A DNA stretch of 64,000 bases, from IMG/VR virus record IMGVR_UViG_3300021399_000006, positions 14,128-78,127 of that record. One strand, 5' to 3'. This DNA comes from a virus. The notes below the pieces were generated by a model, which did not search any database, was not told the DNA's origin, and saw nothing but the letters and a program-made list of their open reading frames with translations. Numbering within the stretch: position 1 is the first letter of the stretch; every line of letters starts with the position of its first letter. Of this stretch, positions 1-9,283 are shown in pieces. The position numbers and the translations under genes are program-made.

Positions 1-1327
1 TGGATTTTTTAACTTGCCAAGACCATTCTAATTTAATATTATCTATAGACCATGAAAAACCGGTAGAGATATATTTATAATTAGCACCGTATTTTTTTGC
101 TATGGTTGCCGCATTTTTAAGTTTAGAGATAGCTTTCTTTGCCGCAGAAACACTCTACATTTCTTTATAATCTGAAATAAAAACATTTTTAACTTTAAAT
201 GTTTTACAAATTTGTTCTAATCCATCTATATGGTCTCCATGACCATGAGATAAAAAGATAGCATCAATTTTTGGAAGTTTTAATTCTTTTAATCGTTGAA
301 GAGTGTCTCCTTTTGCTGGACCAGTATCTATTAAAACACAGTTTTTAATTGTTATATTGTCATCTTCATATTCTGTAATTAAATAACTATCTCCGTATAA
401 ACTCTAATGAGTTTCAGAAACCCAAATTTGATATATTCTTATTCTATTATTACTTTCTTTTTTTTTATTCTATGTTAATAATTCATTTACCTTTTTCTGG
501 ATTTGTTCTGGATTATATCCACAAAAGGTTAACAGTAATTTTCTTATAGCTTCTTTTTCAAAAGTACCTGCTATAACCTATTGGGCGGCCGCCTATACAG
601 TTTTACCTTTTAGAGCATATATTTCATTAATATGAGTTTGAACTTTACTGGCCCATGAAGATAAACGTTTTGCTCGATAGTTATTTTTACCCATATATCC
701 TGCGATTGTAGCAATAGCAAGAGCATGAATGGTATTAGATTGATTTAAAACAATCTAATTTACTTTATTCTGTATTGCTTTTGCATTCTATGTACCAAAC
801 ACAGCAAGCATAGTAGTTCTATTAGTACCAGATCCATAAGTACCAAGAATCACTTCGGTTGCACATATAATTATTTGAAGATTATTCATGGCGGGCATGG
901 TATTATATTTAGGTCTAGCATAACCTAAAATAGACCTATTTTTATATGTTCTCCTGCTACAGCCGCCGTTATAATTTCCTGATATAGTTCTATTATATCC
1001 TATACAAAATTCTGTATGGTTAGGATTCTTTTTGTTATCACAATAGATAAGAATATCTCCAGGGCGGACACCCGATATTCCAGTATGCCAAACTCCTAAT
1101 TTCTTTGCTTTTGATACTATTGCGGAAGCGGATGCCGCATATCCAATAGTATCTATTCCATTTGCATCATATAATGCTGCCATAACTGTCTATGAGCACC
1201 ATTCATCAGTCATTTTTGTATGATGACCATGTTTATTTAATGTATTAACGACATCCTGATGAGCAGTTTTACTTCCATCATATTTGTTATATGCGGTTAA
1301 TACATCCCAAAAAGTGCATTTTCCCAT
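1..1327 (-). CDS. Cell-wall hydrolase-like protein: N-terminal CHAP/NlpC-P60-like peptidase fused to a metallo-beta-lactamase-fold domain (HGHGDH motif). TAG-recoded. The 3' end runs off the window.
   Basis: Minus-strand frame from ATG ~1327 (RBS AGGAGG 7 nt upstream) stays open to position 1 if TAG is read as sense (at least 4 in-frame TAG). Contains track ORF 788..1183. Motifs GISGVRPGDILIY and LSHGHGDHIDGL. Confidence 0.55.
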
Positions 1328-1339
1328 TTATTGTCCTCC

Positions 1340-2095
1340 TTATAAATTAACATCTCCTGAAATATAATATCCTGTCATTTTATACGTTTTACAGAATTTT
1401 TGAATACGAGATTTAAGGTTTGCGGAAGTTGTATATTCTAATAAAAAGGCTTGCATTTTATGGCGGAGAATTCGTTTCATATGACTTTTATACCATGAAT
1501 GCATATCTTTTTTCTGCTAACCGAATTTACCTTTCCCGCTATAGTTTTTAATTAAACTATAAACTTCCTCTTGTGTGACACCATCTATATATGTAATTGT
1601 TTTATGAGAAGAATCTTTGTCCATAAGTTTGTCTAAGAACTAACTTCCGCCATTTATCATTATATATTTAGTTTTATCTATTGCTCGTATTCTTTTCAAG
1701 AGAGTAATAATACCATTATACATTTCTGTACTTTTGTGGTATTCGTATACATCTAGATTATCTAGCCACCAACCTTGGAATCCGCGGTTTTTTAATTCTT
1801 TTGCTTTATTTACAATAAAATCTCTAACTGCGGGCTTCCTTAAATCGAGATAATACTAATGGGGCCAGTCCTATAATTTACTAAGCCGATAGGGTTTTAA
1901 TGTTTTATAATAACTTCTCTAATCAGAAATAGAGCCGGCAGATAAATACCCTAAAAGGGTATAACCCGCGGCTCTTAAATCCGAAATCTATTTATTTGTA
2001 TAATCCTATGGCTAAATGACTAAAATAGTTTTAGTTTTTGCTTTTCCTAATTTTTTAGGGGTAGCTTTTGTTGTTAACATAACAATATAATTCAT
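1340..2095 (-). CDS. Glycoside hydrolase, GH114-like TIM barrel (WWLDNLDVY motif). TAG-recoded. Probable lysis-module enzyme.
   Basis: 252-codon minus frame with about 9 in-frame TAG and no TAA/TGA. Adjacent to the peptidase and to a membrane protein. Confidence 0.5.
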
Positions 2096-2100
2096 TTTTG

Positions 2101-2550
2101 TTACCATTGCCAATCTATTTGACCATAAGGGTAATATGGCATTCCTTCTTCTGTTCGCCATCGGCCTTTTCGTTTAATTTGCCGAAGATGAAGTTTTGTA
2201 TTATATCTTTGAGTTTTATGAGTCCCAGTGATATAAATATAACGAATTGAGCCATTTCTATGGCGAATGTCTAAATAGTGGCTATCCTTTCTTTGCATTT
2301 TACCGTTGTGTTTAAAATAATAGAATTTACCATTAATTACTTTAATACAGTCTTTTGCGAGTTCTCCACGTTTGTGAAGTGCGGATGTAGATTGATAGCG
2401 GTAATACCAGTCGCCTCCAGATTTAAAAAGACCATATTTATTTGATGCCTTTGCATTAACTTTTAAAGCAAAAATTATACATATAAAACCTATTATTAAT
2501 AGACTAATCAAGGTCATTAATATAAATTTAGTTTCTTTTGAATCTTTCAT
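2101..2550 (-). CDS. Membrane-anchored protein with putative cell-wall-binding repeats (GDWYY / NGKFYYFKHNGKM), lysis-associated. Standard code.
   Basis: Track ORF, 149 aa, N-terminal hydrophobic helix. Confidence 0.5.
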   Translation of the reverse strand: MKDSKETKFILMTLISLLIIGFICIIFALKVNAKASNKYGLFKSGGDWYYRYQSTSALHKRGELAKDCIKVINGKFYYFKHNGKMQRKDSHYLDIRHRNGSIRYIYITGTHKTQRYNTKLHLRQIKRKGRWRTEEGMPYYPYGQIDWQW

Positions 2551-2593
2551 TTTATATTCTCCTTTATGATATTATAAAAAAAGACATATCAAA

Positions 2594-2905
2594 TTAAGGA
2601 AAGATGTCCTTACTTTCTTTCCAAAATTTTTCATATTCTTTTCGTTCAATAGAGGCATTTTGTTTACGAATAAAATCTATCCGTCTAGAATGTATTTTTT
2701 CAATAGCGGGCATTAAATAATTTTCATCTATAATTTTGGGGTCAGAACGAGAGAAAATTTCTTTAGGAATAGACACTTCTTCTGTAATTCTGCCTTTTGA
2801 TATAGGTGAAAAATCTGTTAATTTAATGTGAATATTTCCGTCAGAGAATAAATTAAATTCCATACTAAGATTTTGGCTAAGATATTTAAATAAAATGGTA
2901 TTCAT
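2594..2905 (-). CDS. hypothetical protein
   Basis: Track ORF of 103 aa, co-directional with neighbours. Confidence 0.45.
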   Translation of the reverse strand: MNTILFKYLSQNLSMEFNLFSDGNIHIKLTDFSPISKGRITEEVSIPKEIFSRSDPKIIDENYLMPAIEKIHSRRIDFIRKQNASIERKEYEKFWKESKDIFP

Positions 2906-2920
2906 TTTAATCCTTTCTTT

Positions 2921-3415
2921 TTACCAGTTCTGAGTTACTGTAAGATGACCACCGCATTTACATCTATATCTGTTAGGATACTTTACAACATTACCTGCTC
3001 TATGATAACGACCAACAATTTCTCCGCAAGAGGAACAAGTAACAATGTATTTATATGTGTCAGGGGTATAAGCGGCAACCTTGGTCTGTGTTGTATCAAA
3101 TGTACAATCAATACGTTTGCACATTTCTTTAAAGACTTTATCGTGTCCATGATTTTCATGGGTTTCTACGATAACGAGATAGTGCGCGCATTCGTGTTTG
3201 ATTACATCATCTATTGTTGCGGGGTCTCCTACTTCGAGAAGTTTGTAGCTAAACTCCATACTTTCGGGGGTAGTGTATCCACTGCAAGAGAAGAAAAGGA
3301 CTCTACCAAGTGTTCTGGTAAGTCTTTTGTTAATTTTTACAGGGATTGTAAAATCATAACCTGCGGATTTACAAATTTCTGTACAACGAGCGGTAAGGTC
3401 CTTTTCTGTCATCAT
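2921..3415 (-). CDS. SprT-like zinc metalloprotease (HECAHY) with C-terminal Cys4 zinc ribbon
   Basis: Track ORF of 164 aa. HExxH motif plus CSSCG...CKCGG. Confidence 0.6.
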   Translation of the reverse strand: MMTEKDLTARCTEICKSAGYDFTIPVKINKRLTRTLGRVLFFSCSGYTTPESMEFSYKLLEVGDPATIDDVIKHECAHYLVIVETHENHGHDKVFKEMCKRIDCTFDTTQTKVAAYTPDTYKYIVTCSSCGEIVGRYHRAGNVVKYPNRYRCKCGGHLTVTQNW

Positions 3416-3521
3416 AATGATTTTTCCTTTCTTATTTTTTTCTTTTGATAATTATATTATATCAAAATTTTTTAATAAAATAAACAGGTTGCTCAATAAA
3501 GAACAGCCTGTTGAAAGGGAA

Positions 3522-4070
3522 TTATTCGTTAATAACTTCAATGCAACAAGATTTCATTACTTCAAGAGCAGCTTTATGATTTTCGGGGGTGGTTCCCGCA
3601 CAGCAAGATGCATCTACAATAATTTGAGTTTCAGGAAACAATGCTCTAAGAATAAGAACATTAGAAATAACGCAAATGTCTGTACATACTCCTGCTATTT
3701 CAATAGTAGTAGGTGGAAATCTTTTATAAGATATATCGGGGTCTATAAAAAATGTTTTCCAATTAAAATAACCAAAAGTTCCTTTTTCTATTGTTTTGCC
3801 AGCAAAAGGAAAGAGTTCATCAACAATGCACCATCCTGGAGTGCCTTTAATACAGTGGAGTGGAACTTTATTCATTTCAATTTTTTCTACTGGATTATCC
3901 CAATTCCATAAATAATGACTATCTTGCGTAAAAATAATTCTATCTGTCGATTGATTATATTCTTCTTTAATTTTAGCTTTTATTTTAGGTACAATTGCGC
4001 GGGCTTCAGGTGTTCCGAGAGGGCCAGTTACAAAATCATTCTGCATATCAATTACAATAAGTGCTTTCAT
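3522..4070 (-). CDS. Isochorismatase-family cysteine hydrolase (nicotinamidase-like)
   Basis: Track ORF of 182 aa. MKALIVIDMQNDF and GVCTDICV catalytic-Cys motif. Confidence 0.7.
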   Translation of the reverse strand: MKALIVIDMQNDFVTGPLGTPEARAIVPKIKAKIKEEYNQSTDRIIFTQDSHYLWNWDNPVEKIEMNKVPLHCIKGTPGWCIVDELFPFAGKTIEKGTFGYFNWKTFFIDPDISYKRFPPTTIEIAGVCTDICVISNVLILRALFPETQIIVDASCCAGTTPENHKAALEVMKSCCIEVINE

Positions 4071-4086
4071 TTAAATTCCTTTCTTA

Positions 4087-4977
4087 TTACATTATTTGAA
4101 CGATATTATCATATAGAAGATGGTGCTGTCCGCCAGGGAATACTTTATTGTTATGATAATGTCCAAAAAACCAATGTTTAAATGTTACTTTATCTTCTAT
4201 CTCTTGTAGAAATTTATTAATTGGAGCTTTATCATACCAATCATAACCCATAAAAGTCTGTATAGAAGAAGAGCAGTCGTGAGTAAAGATATAATCTACT
4301 TTATAATTGACTTTTTTAAGGTCATTCCAAACCTTTTCTTCTATTTCTTTTGTAGGTTCTTCTTGTTCCCACCATGAAACTCCTTTTACCCGAAACATTA
4401 GATGAGAAAAGCGTTTTTTATTATAGGCTTTTTTAAATTCATCATTGTTATTAAAATCTGCGGGATTAAGGATACCATCTGAAATATCGTGACTTGGTGC
4501 TCCATTATAAACAAGGATTTTTTTGTTATCAATAGTAAAGATACCAGATTCAAGAACTAAAACTGAAGGGCGGAGGACCCTTACGAAACCGCCATTCCAT
4601 TCTTTTTGAGGGTATCCTTTTTTAAACTTTTCTTTTTCTTCGGGGGGCATTTTTTCAAAAAGCCAACTATTTAGAAGTTTTTCGTCTTTAATACCCATTA
4701 TCCTGTCATAATTTTCATGATTACCAAGAACAACAAGAGTAGTAAAAGACTTGGATTCAAGCCAATCTAATGCCCATTTTTCCGCGGGCGACTCCTTAAA
4801 TGCGGAAAGGTCTGTATCCCAAATCCCGCCAAAATCTCCGCATATGATGACATAATCTTCTTTTGTTAATTCTTTTTGAATAGGAAAATTAGATGTATTG
4901 AACCGAGGAATAAAGCCATCTGTGGTTGAATGTCCAATCCGTGCGCCATGAGTGTCGCCTGTTACAAAAATTGACAT
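4087..4977 (-). CDS. Calcineurin-like metallophosphoesterase
   Basis: Track ORF of 296 aa. GDTHG, GDFGG and GNHE motifs. Confidence 0.7.
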   Translation of the reverse strand: MSIFVTGDTHGARIGHSTTDGFIPRFNTSNFPIQKELTKEDYVIICGDFGGIWDTDLSAFKESPAEKWALDWLESKSFTTLVVLGNHENYDRIMGIKDEKLLNSWLFEKMPPEEKEKFKKGYPQKEWNGGFVRVLRPSVLVLESGIFTIDNKKILVYNGAPSHDISDGILNPADFNNNDEFKKAYNKKRFSHLMFRVKGVSWWEQEEPTKEIEEKVWNDLKKVNYKVDYIFTHDCSSSIQTFMGYDWYDKAPINKFLQEIEDKVTFKHWFFGHYHNNKVFPGGQHHLLYDNIVQIM

Positions 4978-4993
4978 ATCTACTCCTTTCTTG

Positions 4994-5032
4994 CGGGGAT
5001 TAGGTTATGTTAGGACTGAAGGTGCTTCCCGC
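4994..5032 (-). ncRNA. Conserved intercistronic/5'-UTR stem-loop (copy 1) immediately upstream of the RBS of the 4087..4977 gene
   Basis: GCGGG..(28-nt loop CACCUUCAGUCCUAACAUAACCUA)..CCCCGC. Near-identical copy at 5504-5542. Confidence 0.4.
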
Positions 5033-5033
5033 A

Positions 5034-5486
5034 TTAATTATCAAACCAATAAAGAATATATACATCAGAAGGGTAATAATATTCATATCCAGCAAATTTA
5101 ATATAATATTCTATTTGTTCGATAAAAAATTTAATGGGGTTAGTTGTTTCAACTATTTCATCACCGCAGTTATCATAATCAGTAATAGTAGGATTACACA
5201 TTAAATAATTTTTTAAATCTGCAAAATTAACTTCTTTAAAATTGAAATACCCCATGGTATTTTGTATTTCTTGAATTTCTTTAGCAAAAGAAGGCTCAAG
5301 AAAAGTAGTGTGTAATTGATTCCAGGGAATATCATTTTCTAAAAGTTCAAATAATTCGTGATTACGTATATTATAAGGATTAATAGAAACGTATTTATCT
5401 TTTTTCTTGTTAAAAATTTCTATTTTATCGTAATATCCTGTTTCAGTATTTCTTATAGCAATAGCTGTGTGAATATCTTTTCCCAT
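5034..5486 (-). CDS. hypothetical protein
   Basis: Track ORF of 150 aa. Confidence 0.5.
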   Translation of the reverse strand: MGKDIHTAIAIRNTETGYYDKIEIFNKKKDKYVSINPYNIRNHELFELLENDIPWNQLHTTFLEPSFAKEIQEIQNTMGYFNFKEVNFADLKNYLMCNPTITDYDNCGDEIVETTNPIKFFIEQIEYYIKFAGYEYYYPSDVYILYWFDN

Positions 5487-5503
5487 TGTATTTCCTTTCT
5501 ATG

Positions 5504-5542
5504 CGGGGGGCTAGGTTATGTCAGGATTGAAGGTGCCGCCGC
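5504..5542 (-). ncRNA. Conserved intercistronic/5'-UTR stem-loop (copy 2) upstream of the RBS of the 5034..5486 gene
   Basis: Paralogous to 4994-5032, with stem-compensating changes. Confidence 0.4.
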
Positions 5543-5562
5543 AGTTTTATTAGTTTATAAAT

Positions 5563-5793
5563 TTAATGAGAGAAAATGCGCATACAAAATTCTCGAATAT
5601 CAGAATCCGAAATTGAGAAATATGCGATAGGATTTACAATAGTAAGAGAAGCTAATTCCATAGCAGAAATGCTTGGAAATTTGTTATCCCAATAGAGAAT
5701 TCGATTTTCAAGAGAAAAAGAATCCTGGGAAGCATTGCGGGCTTCCAAGTAATTTGATACTAAATTAAATGCGTAAGTCTGCTTAAAATCCAT
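5563..5793 (-). CDS. hypothetical protein
   Basis: Track ORF of 76 aa. Confidence 0.4.
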   Translation of the reverse strand: MDFKQTYAFNLVSNYLEARNASQDSFSLENRILYWDNKFPSISAMELASLTIVNPIAYFSISDSDIREFCMRIFSH

Positions 5794-5854
5794 ATTATTA
5801 CTTTCCTTTCTATTGTTTCATTTTCTAAATATATTATATAATAATTTTTTTAAA

Positions 5855-5890
5855 TTGGCAACTTGATTTTATAGAGATTTTTTGTTATAA
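5855..5890 (+). promoter_or_regulatory. sigma70-like promoter (TTGATT-16-tgTTATAAT) heading the plus-strand early block
   Basis: Hexamers read directly. Followed by RBS AAGGAG and the structured region. Confidence 0.45.
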
Positions 5891-5939
5891 TATAATAAGA
5901 AAATAAAAGGAGATAAGGTATGAATGTAGTATTATTTAT

Positions 5940-6045
5940 TATTTGTGTTATACTTGCGGGATCGGCAATGCTTCGCATTGCCGAGTTGAGCGATAATTCA
6001 GGCAAGTTTGCACTACGTGCAAACTTGCTAAATTCCGCTCAACCA
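5940..6045 (+). ncRNA. Structured RNA element: two perfect hairpins closed by UNCG tetraloops (UUCG, UACG) inside a long-range stem. It overlaps a doubtful 46-codon ORF (5921..6061).
   Basis: UCGGCAAUGC-UUCG-GCAUUGCCGA. GUUGAGCG ... [GCAAGUUUGCAC-UACG-GUGCAAACUUGC] ... CGCUCAAC. Confidence 0.4.
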
Positions 6046-6237
6046 ATTATTATATAGGATAAAAATAGGGGGTAGTAGTATGACAATAGTATGTGATTGT
6101 ACAGCTTGTCCTTATAACAGAAGCCGCTTTTGTAGAAATAGATTAGTTAAAATTACTAAATAGGGTTTTTGTAAAAGATTAAGTATGCGGAATTGGCGGG
6201 AGCCAGTTTAGGAAAAGTTTATGGAGGGTTATAGAAA

Positions 6238-6708
6238 GTGTTAGTAGGAATCACAGGACACAGACCAGAAAGATTAGGACCTAATTGGCCTGTAGTAGAA
6301 AGATGGATAGCAGGAAAGTTAGAAGAATATAAAGCAAGAGGAGAAAGAGTCAGTTTAATTACTGGAATGGCGCGAGGTGTTGACCAGATTGCGGCAACCA
6401 CTGCTATTGATGAAGGGGTAGGTGTAAGATGTTATTTCCCTTTCCCGCGCAAGTTTAGTAATTTAGAAGATTATGTTATATTAAATGCGGAAGTCACTAG
6501 ATTCGAGCAGAATTCATATACTCCCGATGTGTACTTAAGGAGGGACCGCCGCATTGTTGATGATTGTGATGTGTTGTTAGTTGTATGGGATGGTGTTAAA
6601 AGCGGGGGTACTTATTATACTTATAAGTATGCTCTTGCAAAGGGTAAGAAGGTTGAAGTTTTTAATATACCTGCGCAAGGTACGGATTTAAATAGGAGAC
6701 CTATATGA
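6238..6708 (+). CDS. SLOG-superfamily (DprA/LOG/YpsA-like) Rossmann-fold protein. GTG start.
   Basis: Track ORF of 156 aa. GITGHRP and GMARGVD motifs. Confidence 0.55.
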   Translation: MLVGITGHRPERLGPNWPVVERWIAGKLEEYKARGERVSLITGMARGVDQIAATTAIDEGVGVRCYFPFPRKFSNLEDYVILNAEVTRFEQNSYTPDVYLRRDRRIVDDCDVLLVVWDGVKSGGTYYTYKYALAKGKKVEVFNIPAQGTDLNRRPI

Positions 6709-6742
6709 TGTAGATTCAATCTGGAAAAGGAGGGGCTGCCGC

Positions 6743-6994
6743 ATGATTGTTGGAGTTTGGTTTAAAGATAGGGATTGGTGTGAAAAATGGTTTGCAGATT
6801 TTTTAAGTAAGATTAATTATGATGCAGTAGATAAGGTTATTAGGTCTAAGGTGTATCCGCCTGTAGTAGTAATGAAGAATCATAATTATATTAAAGGTAT
6901 TCCCGCAACAGATAATTCCCGGGGGCATAGGATGGATGTGGCTTATTTAGAACCAGGAATAAGAGATTCAGATATTTTTGATTATGTAATTTAG
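6743..6994 (+). CDS. hypothetical protein (may extend about 33 codons to TGA ~7094 if the terminal TAG is read through)
   Basis: Track ORF of 83 aa. Confidence 0.4.
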   Translation: MIVGVWFKDRDWCEKWFADFLSKINYDAVDKVIRSKVYPPVVVMKNHNYIKGIPATDNSRGHRMDVAYLEPGIRDSDIFDYVI

Positions 6995-7187
6995 CCTACT
7001 GTTGTTACTTTTGATTTTAGAGATAACAGATATAAAAAAGGGGAGATTTATGAAGGTCTTTATGGGGGGTAGGTTAAATTGGACTAGGTTCCTTGAAATT
7101 GGGGGTAGAGTAATGAGTGATTAAGGTGCGGATCCCGCACAGGGGAACCTTTTTGCATTTTTTGCTTATGAAATTTGTTTGATTGAT

Positions 7188-7255
7188 GTAAAAATGCTAT
7201 CCCAAAATTCACCTTCTATTATTATAATATGTGAATTTTCGGATAGCATTTTTAC
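7188..7255. promoter_or_regulatory. 25-bp inverted repeat (one mismatch) flanking an 18-bp spacer that contains TATAAT. Candidate operator/promoter upstream of the 7353 gene.
   Basis: gtaaaaatgctatcccaaaattcac / gtgaattttcggatagcatttttac. Confidence 0.5.
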
Positions 7256-7352
7256 TTAAAATATTATTTTTAAGGTCAAAAATAGAAAAGTGAAATGAAA
7301 TAAAAGTTATATAAATATGGAAGTATTAATTTTATATAAGGAGGAAAAAGAA

Positions 7353-8030
7353 ATGTTAGAATTAAATGTTCCATATACATCAAAAGATCTTGCTTAGCAA
7401 TTATTTAAAGTAAGTCCTAAGACTTTTACAAGTCAAAAGAAAAAGTATTTAGAGTATTTAAAATAGTTTTATGATTTTGATACTCAAGGAAGGAAAATTA
7501 TATTAAGAAGAGAATTAAAACCATTTGAGACAAGAATGGCAAATAGAAAACAAACAGTGGAGAGGAATACTTCTACTTATAGAGATATAACACATAAGAT
7601 TATAAGTTATAAGCCTTTAAATAGTGGTGCTAATATTGCAAGAGAGATATATGATAATCCATTAAAACCACCATTTAATCATGAAGAAAGTACTATTGCA
7701 AAATATGTTAGAGGAATTTTAAAGGAGGATTTTGAAATTATGGATAAACAATGGTGTAGAATTAATTATGATACAAATACTTATTAGCCTTTGAGTTTTG
7801 AAGAGAAGTGTTTTTTGATAGAGTTGTTTAAGGAAAGTGATTTAAGCAAGAAGATTATGGATATTACTGCTGATTTTAAGTGTGGAAATATTTCGAGAAA
7901 AGAGTTCCAAGAGCAGGTTGGTTTTGTTGCTTAGAGTAAGTATAATAGAGTGATGGATGCTTTTAAAGGAAAATTTGGTTTTAGACCTTATAAAGTTCCT
8001 AATTGGCGGGAGAAGCAAGGAGTAATGTGA
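7353..8030 (+). CDS. Hypothetical protein of 225 aa that requires TAG read-through (4 in-frame TAG) within the otherwise standard-code early region
   Basis: Strong RBS AAGGAGGA 8 nt before ATG 7353. 678-nt frame without TAA/TGA. Contains track ORF 7536..7787. Ends TGA overlapping the next ATG. Confidence 0.5.
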
Positions 8031-8374
8031 TGGAAGAAGAATTATTTTTAATGGAAAGAAATTATATTGATAAGAATTTTGTTTTGGTGAGAGATGGTGA
8101 GGACTTTTGTATACTTTTTGGAGATAAGGTGTATACAAAAATGGTGAATTGTAAAGATGTAAGTGAAGATTTTATAAAATATTATTATGAAAGTTTAAAA
8201 GAGATAGTGTTGGATGATGGTATCCAGATTTTTGATAGTGAGCCAGATGTGGAAGATATGAGAGAATTGGTTGATGAATGGGTGAGAGAAGAATTGTGGG
8301 ATTGGCGGAAGGAAGTTAAGGAATATAAAGGACATGATGATTTGCTTATGGCTTTAAGTGTGAAAGAAAGTTAA
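8030..8374 (+). CDS. hypothetical acidic protein
   Basis: Track ORF 8003..8374. ATG 8030 has RBS AAGGAG. Confidence 0.5.
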   Translation: MEEELFLMERNYIDKNFVLVRDGEDFCILFGDKVYTKMVNCKDVSEDFIKYYYESLKEIVLDDGIQIFDSEPDVEDMRELVDEWVREELWDWRKEVKEYKGHDDLLMALSVKES

Positions 8375-8581
8375 GTTAGTGTGATTATATAAATTATGTA
8401 AAATTAATGTAAATTGAAGTAAATTGTGGAGGTGTGGTGGCCGACCTACCTACCTCCTATATCACATCCAAAATACATTTACCGAATATTAACGTTCGGG
8501 AAAATTTTTTTTATAAAAAAAATTTTCCCCCATTATAATTATAATAAAAAATTTATAAGAAATCAAATCCATAAAACATTA

Positions 8582-8612
8582 AACGAGGCTCCCAACGGGA
8601 GCCTTTTTTTTA
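8582..8612 (+). terminator. Rho-independent terminator ending the plus-strand early block
   Basis: GAGGCUCCC-AAC-GGGAGCC followed by U8. Confidence 0.6.
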
Positions 8613-8930
8613 TATTATATCATAATATTTTAATAAAGTCAAGTGCGGTCTCGGCGGCAAGGCCATATGCCTCGGTCTGAACCTAAGGGCCCTATGATGC
8701 GAGAAGCAGGTGAGACTGCACATAGGTCCATCTCCGCCTGACGGATTCACATAGGTGAATTCAGTTATGTGGATAGGTTCACCTTTGTGGATTGTGCAAA
8801 ATGCACAAAAATTTCGGGAATTTTGGCGAAAAATTTGTGCAATTTTTTTTGAAAAAAATATTGACATTGAGAGAATTTTGTGGTATAATCGGCGCGAACC
8901 ATGGTTCGCGCCCCGATGGTTTTAGATATG

Positions 8931-8960
8931 GATATAAAAAAACAGGCGTTACCGCCTGTT
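8931..8960 (-). terminator. Rho-independent terminator (AACAGGCG-UUAC-CGCCUGUU + U6 on minus)
   Basis: Hairpin plus A6 on plus, which is U6 on minus. Confidence 0.5.
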
Positions 8961-9099
8961 TAAATCTATTAAAGAAAAATCAAAACCCATAATGAAAGCA
9001 AGAATTGCATCTGCTATAAGAATGAGAGGCCAAAGGGGTGTAGGTTCACGAAAGTAGAAGGTAGAGACCGCACATAAAACAAAGAACCATACAACGCAT

Positions 9100-9282
9100 T
9101 TAATCATAGAAAGAAACATCTTCAATTCTCCATGCAAAAGGTTGGCGATAATAATCAAGAGTAATTGCATCACAATAGCTCCCAAAAGGACACTCATCAC
9201 ATTTGTTTATATCTTTATAGGCTTTTTTACAACCTTTTTTAATGAGTTTCATTCCTTCAATAATTTCATTTTTCCAATTCAT
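9100..9282 (-). CDS. small Cys-rich protein (CDECPFGSYC)
   Basis: Track ORF of 60 aa. RBS AGGAGAAG. Confidence 0.5.
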   Translation of the reverse strand: MNWKNEIIEGMKLIKKGCKKAYKDINKCDECPFGSYCDAITLDYYRQPFAWRIEDVSFYD

Positions 9283-9283
9283 T

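Noticed and set aside
2945-3911. Plus-strand ORFs 2945..3448 and 3417..3911, and similar antisense ORFs 11815..12339, 15268..15750, 17398..17955, 19029..19580 and 25188..25904
   Set aside because: These are shadow ORFs opposite well-supported minus-strand genes with RBSs and recognisable domains. Their products are low-complexity with no start context.
8610-8867. Minus-strand ORF of 85 aa across the GC-rich junction. Also ORFs 15851..16225 and 18050..18268.
   Set aside because: They overlap promoter, operator and hairpin modules, lack RBSs, and have odd composition. More likely non-coding regulatory DNA.
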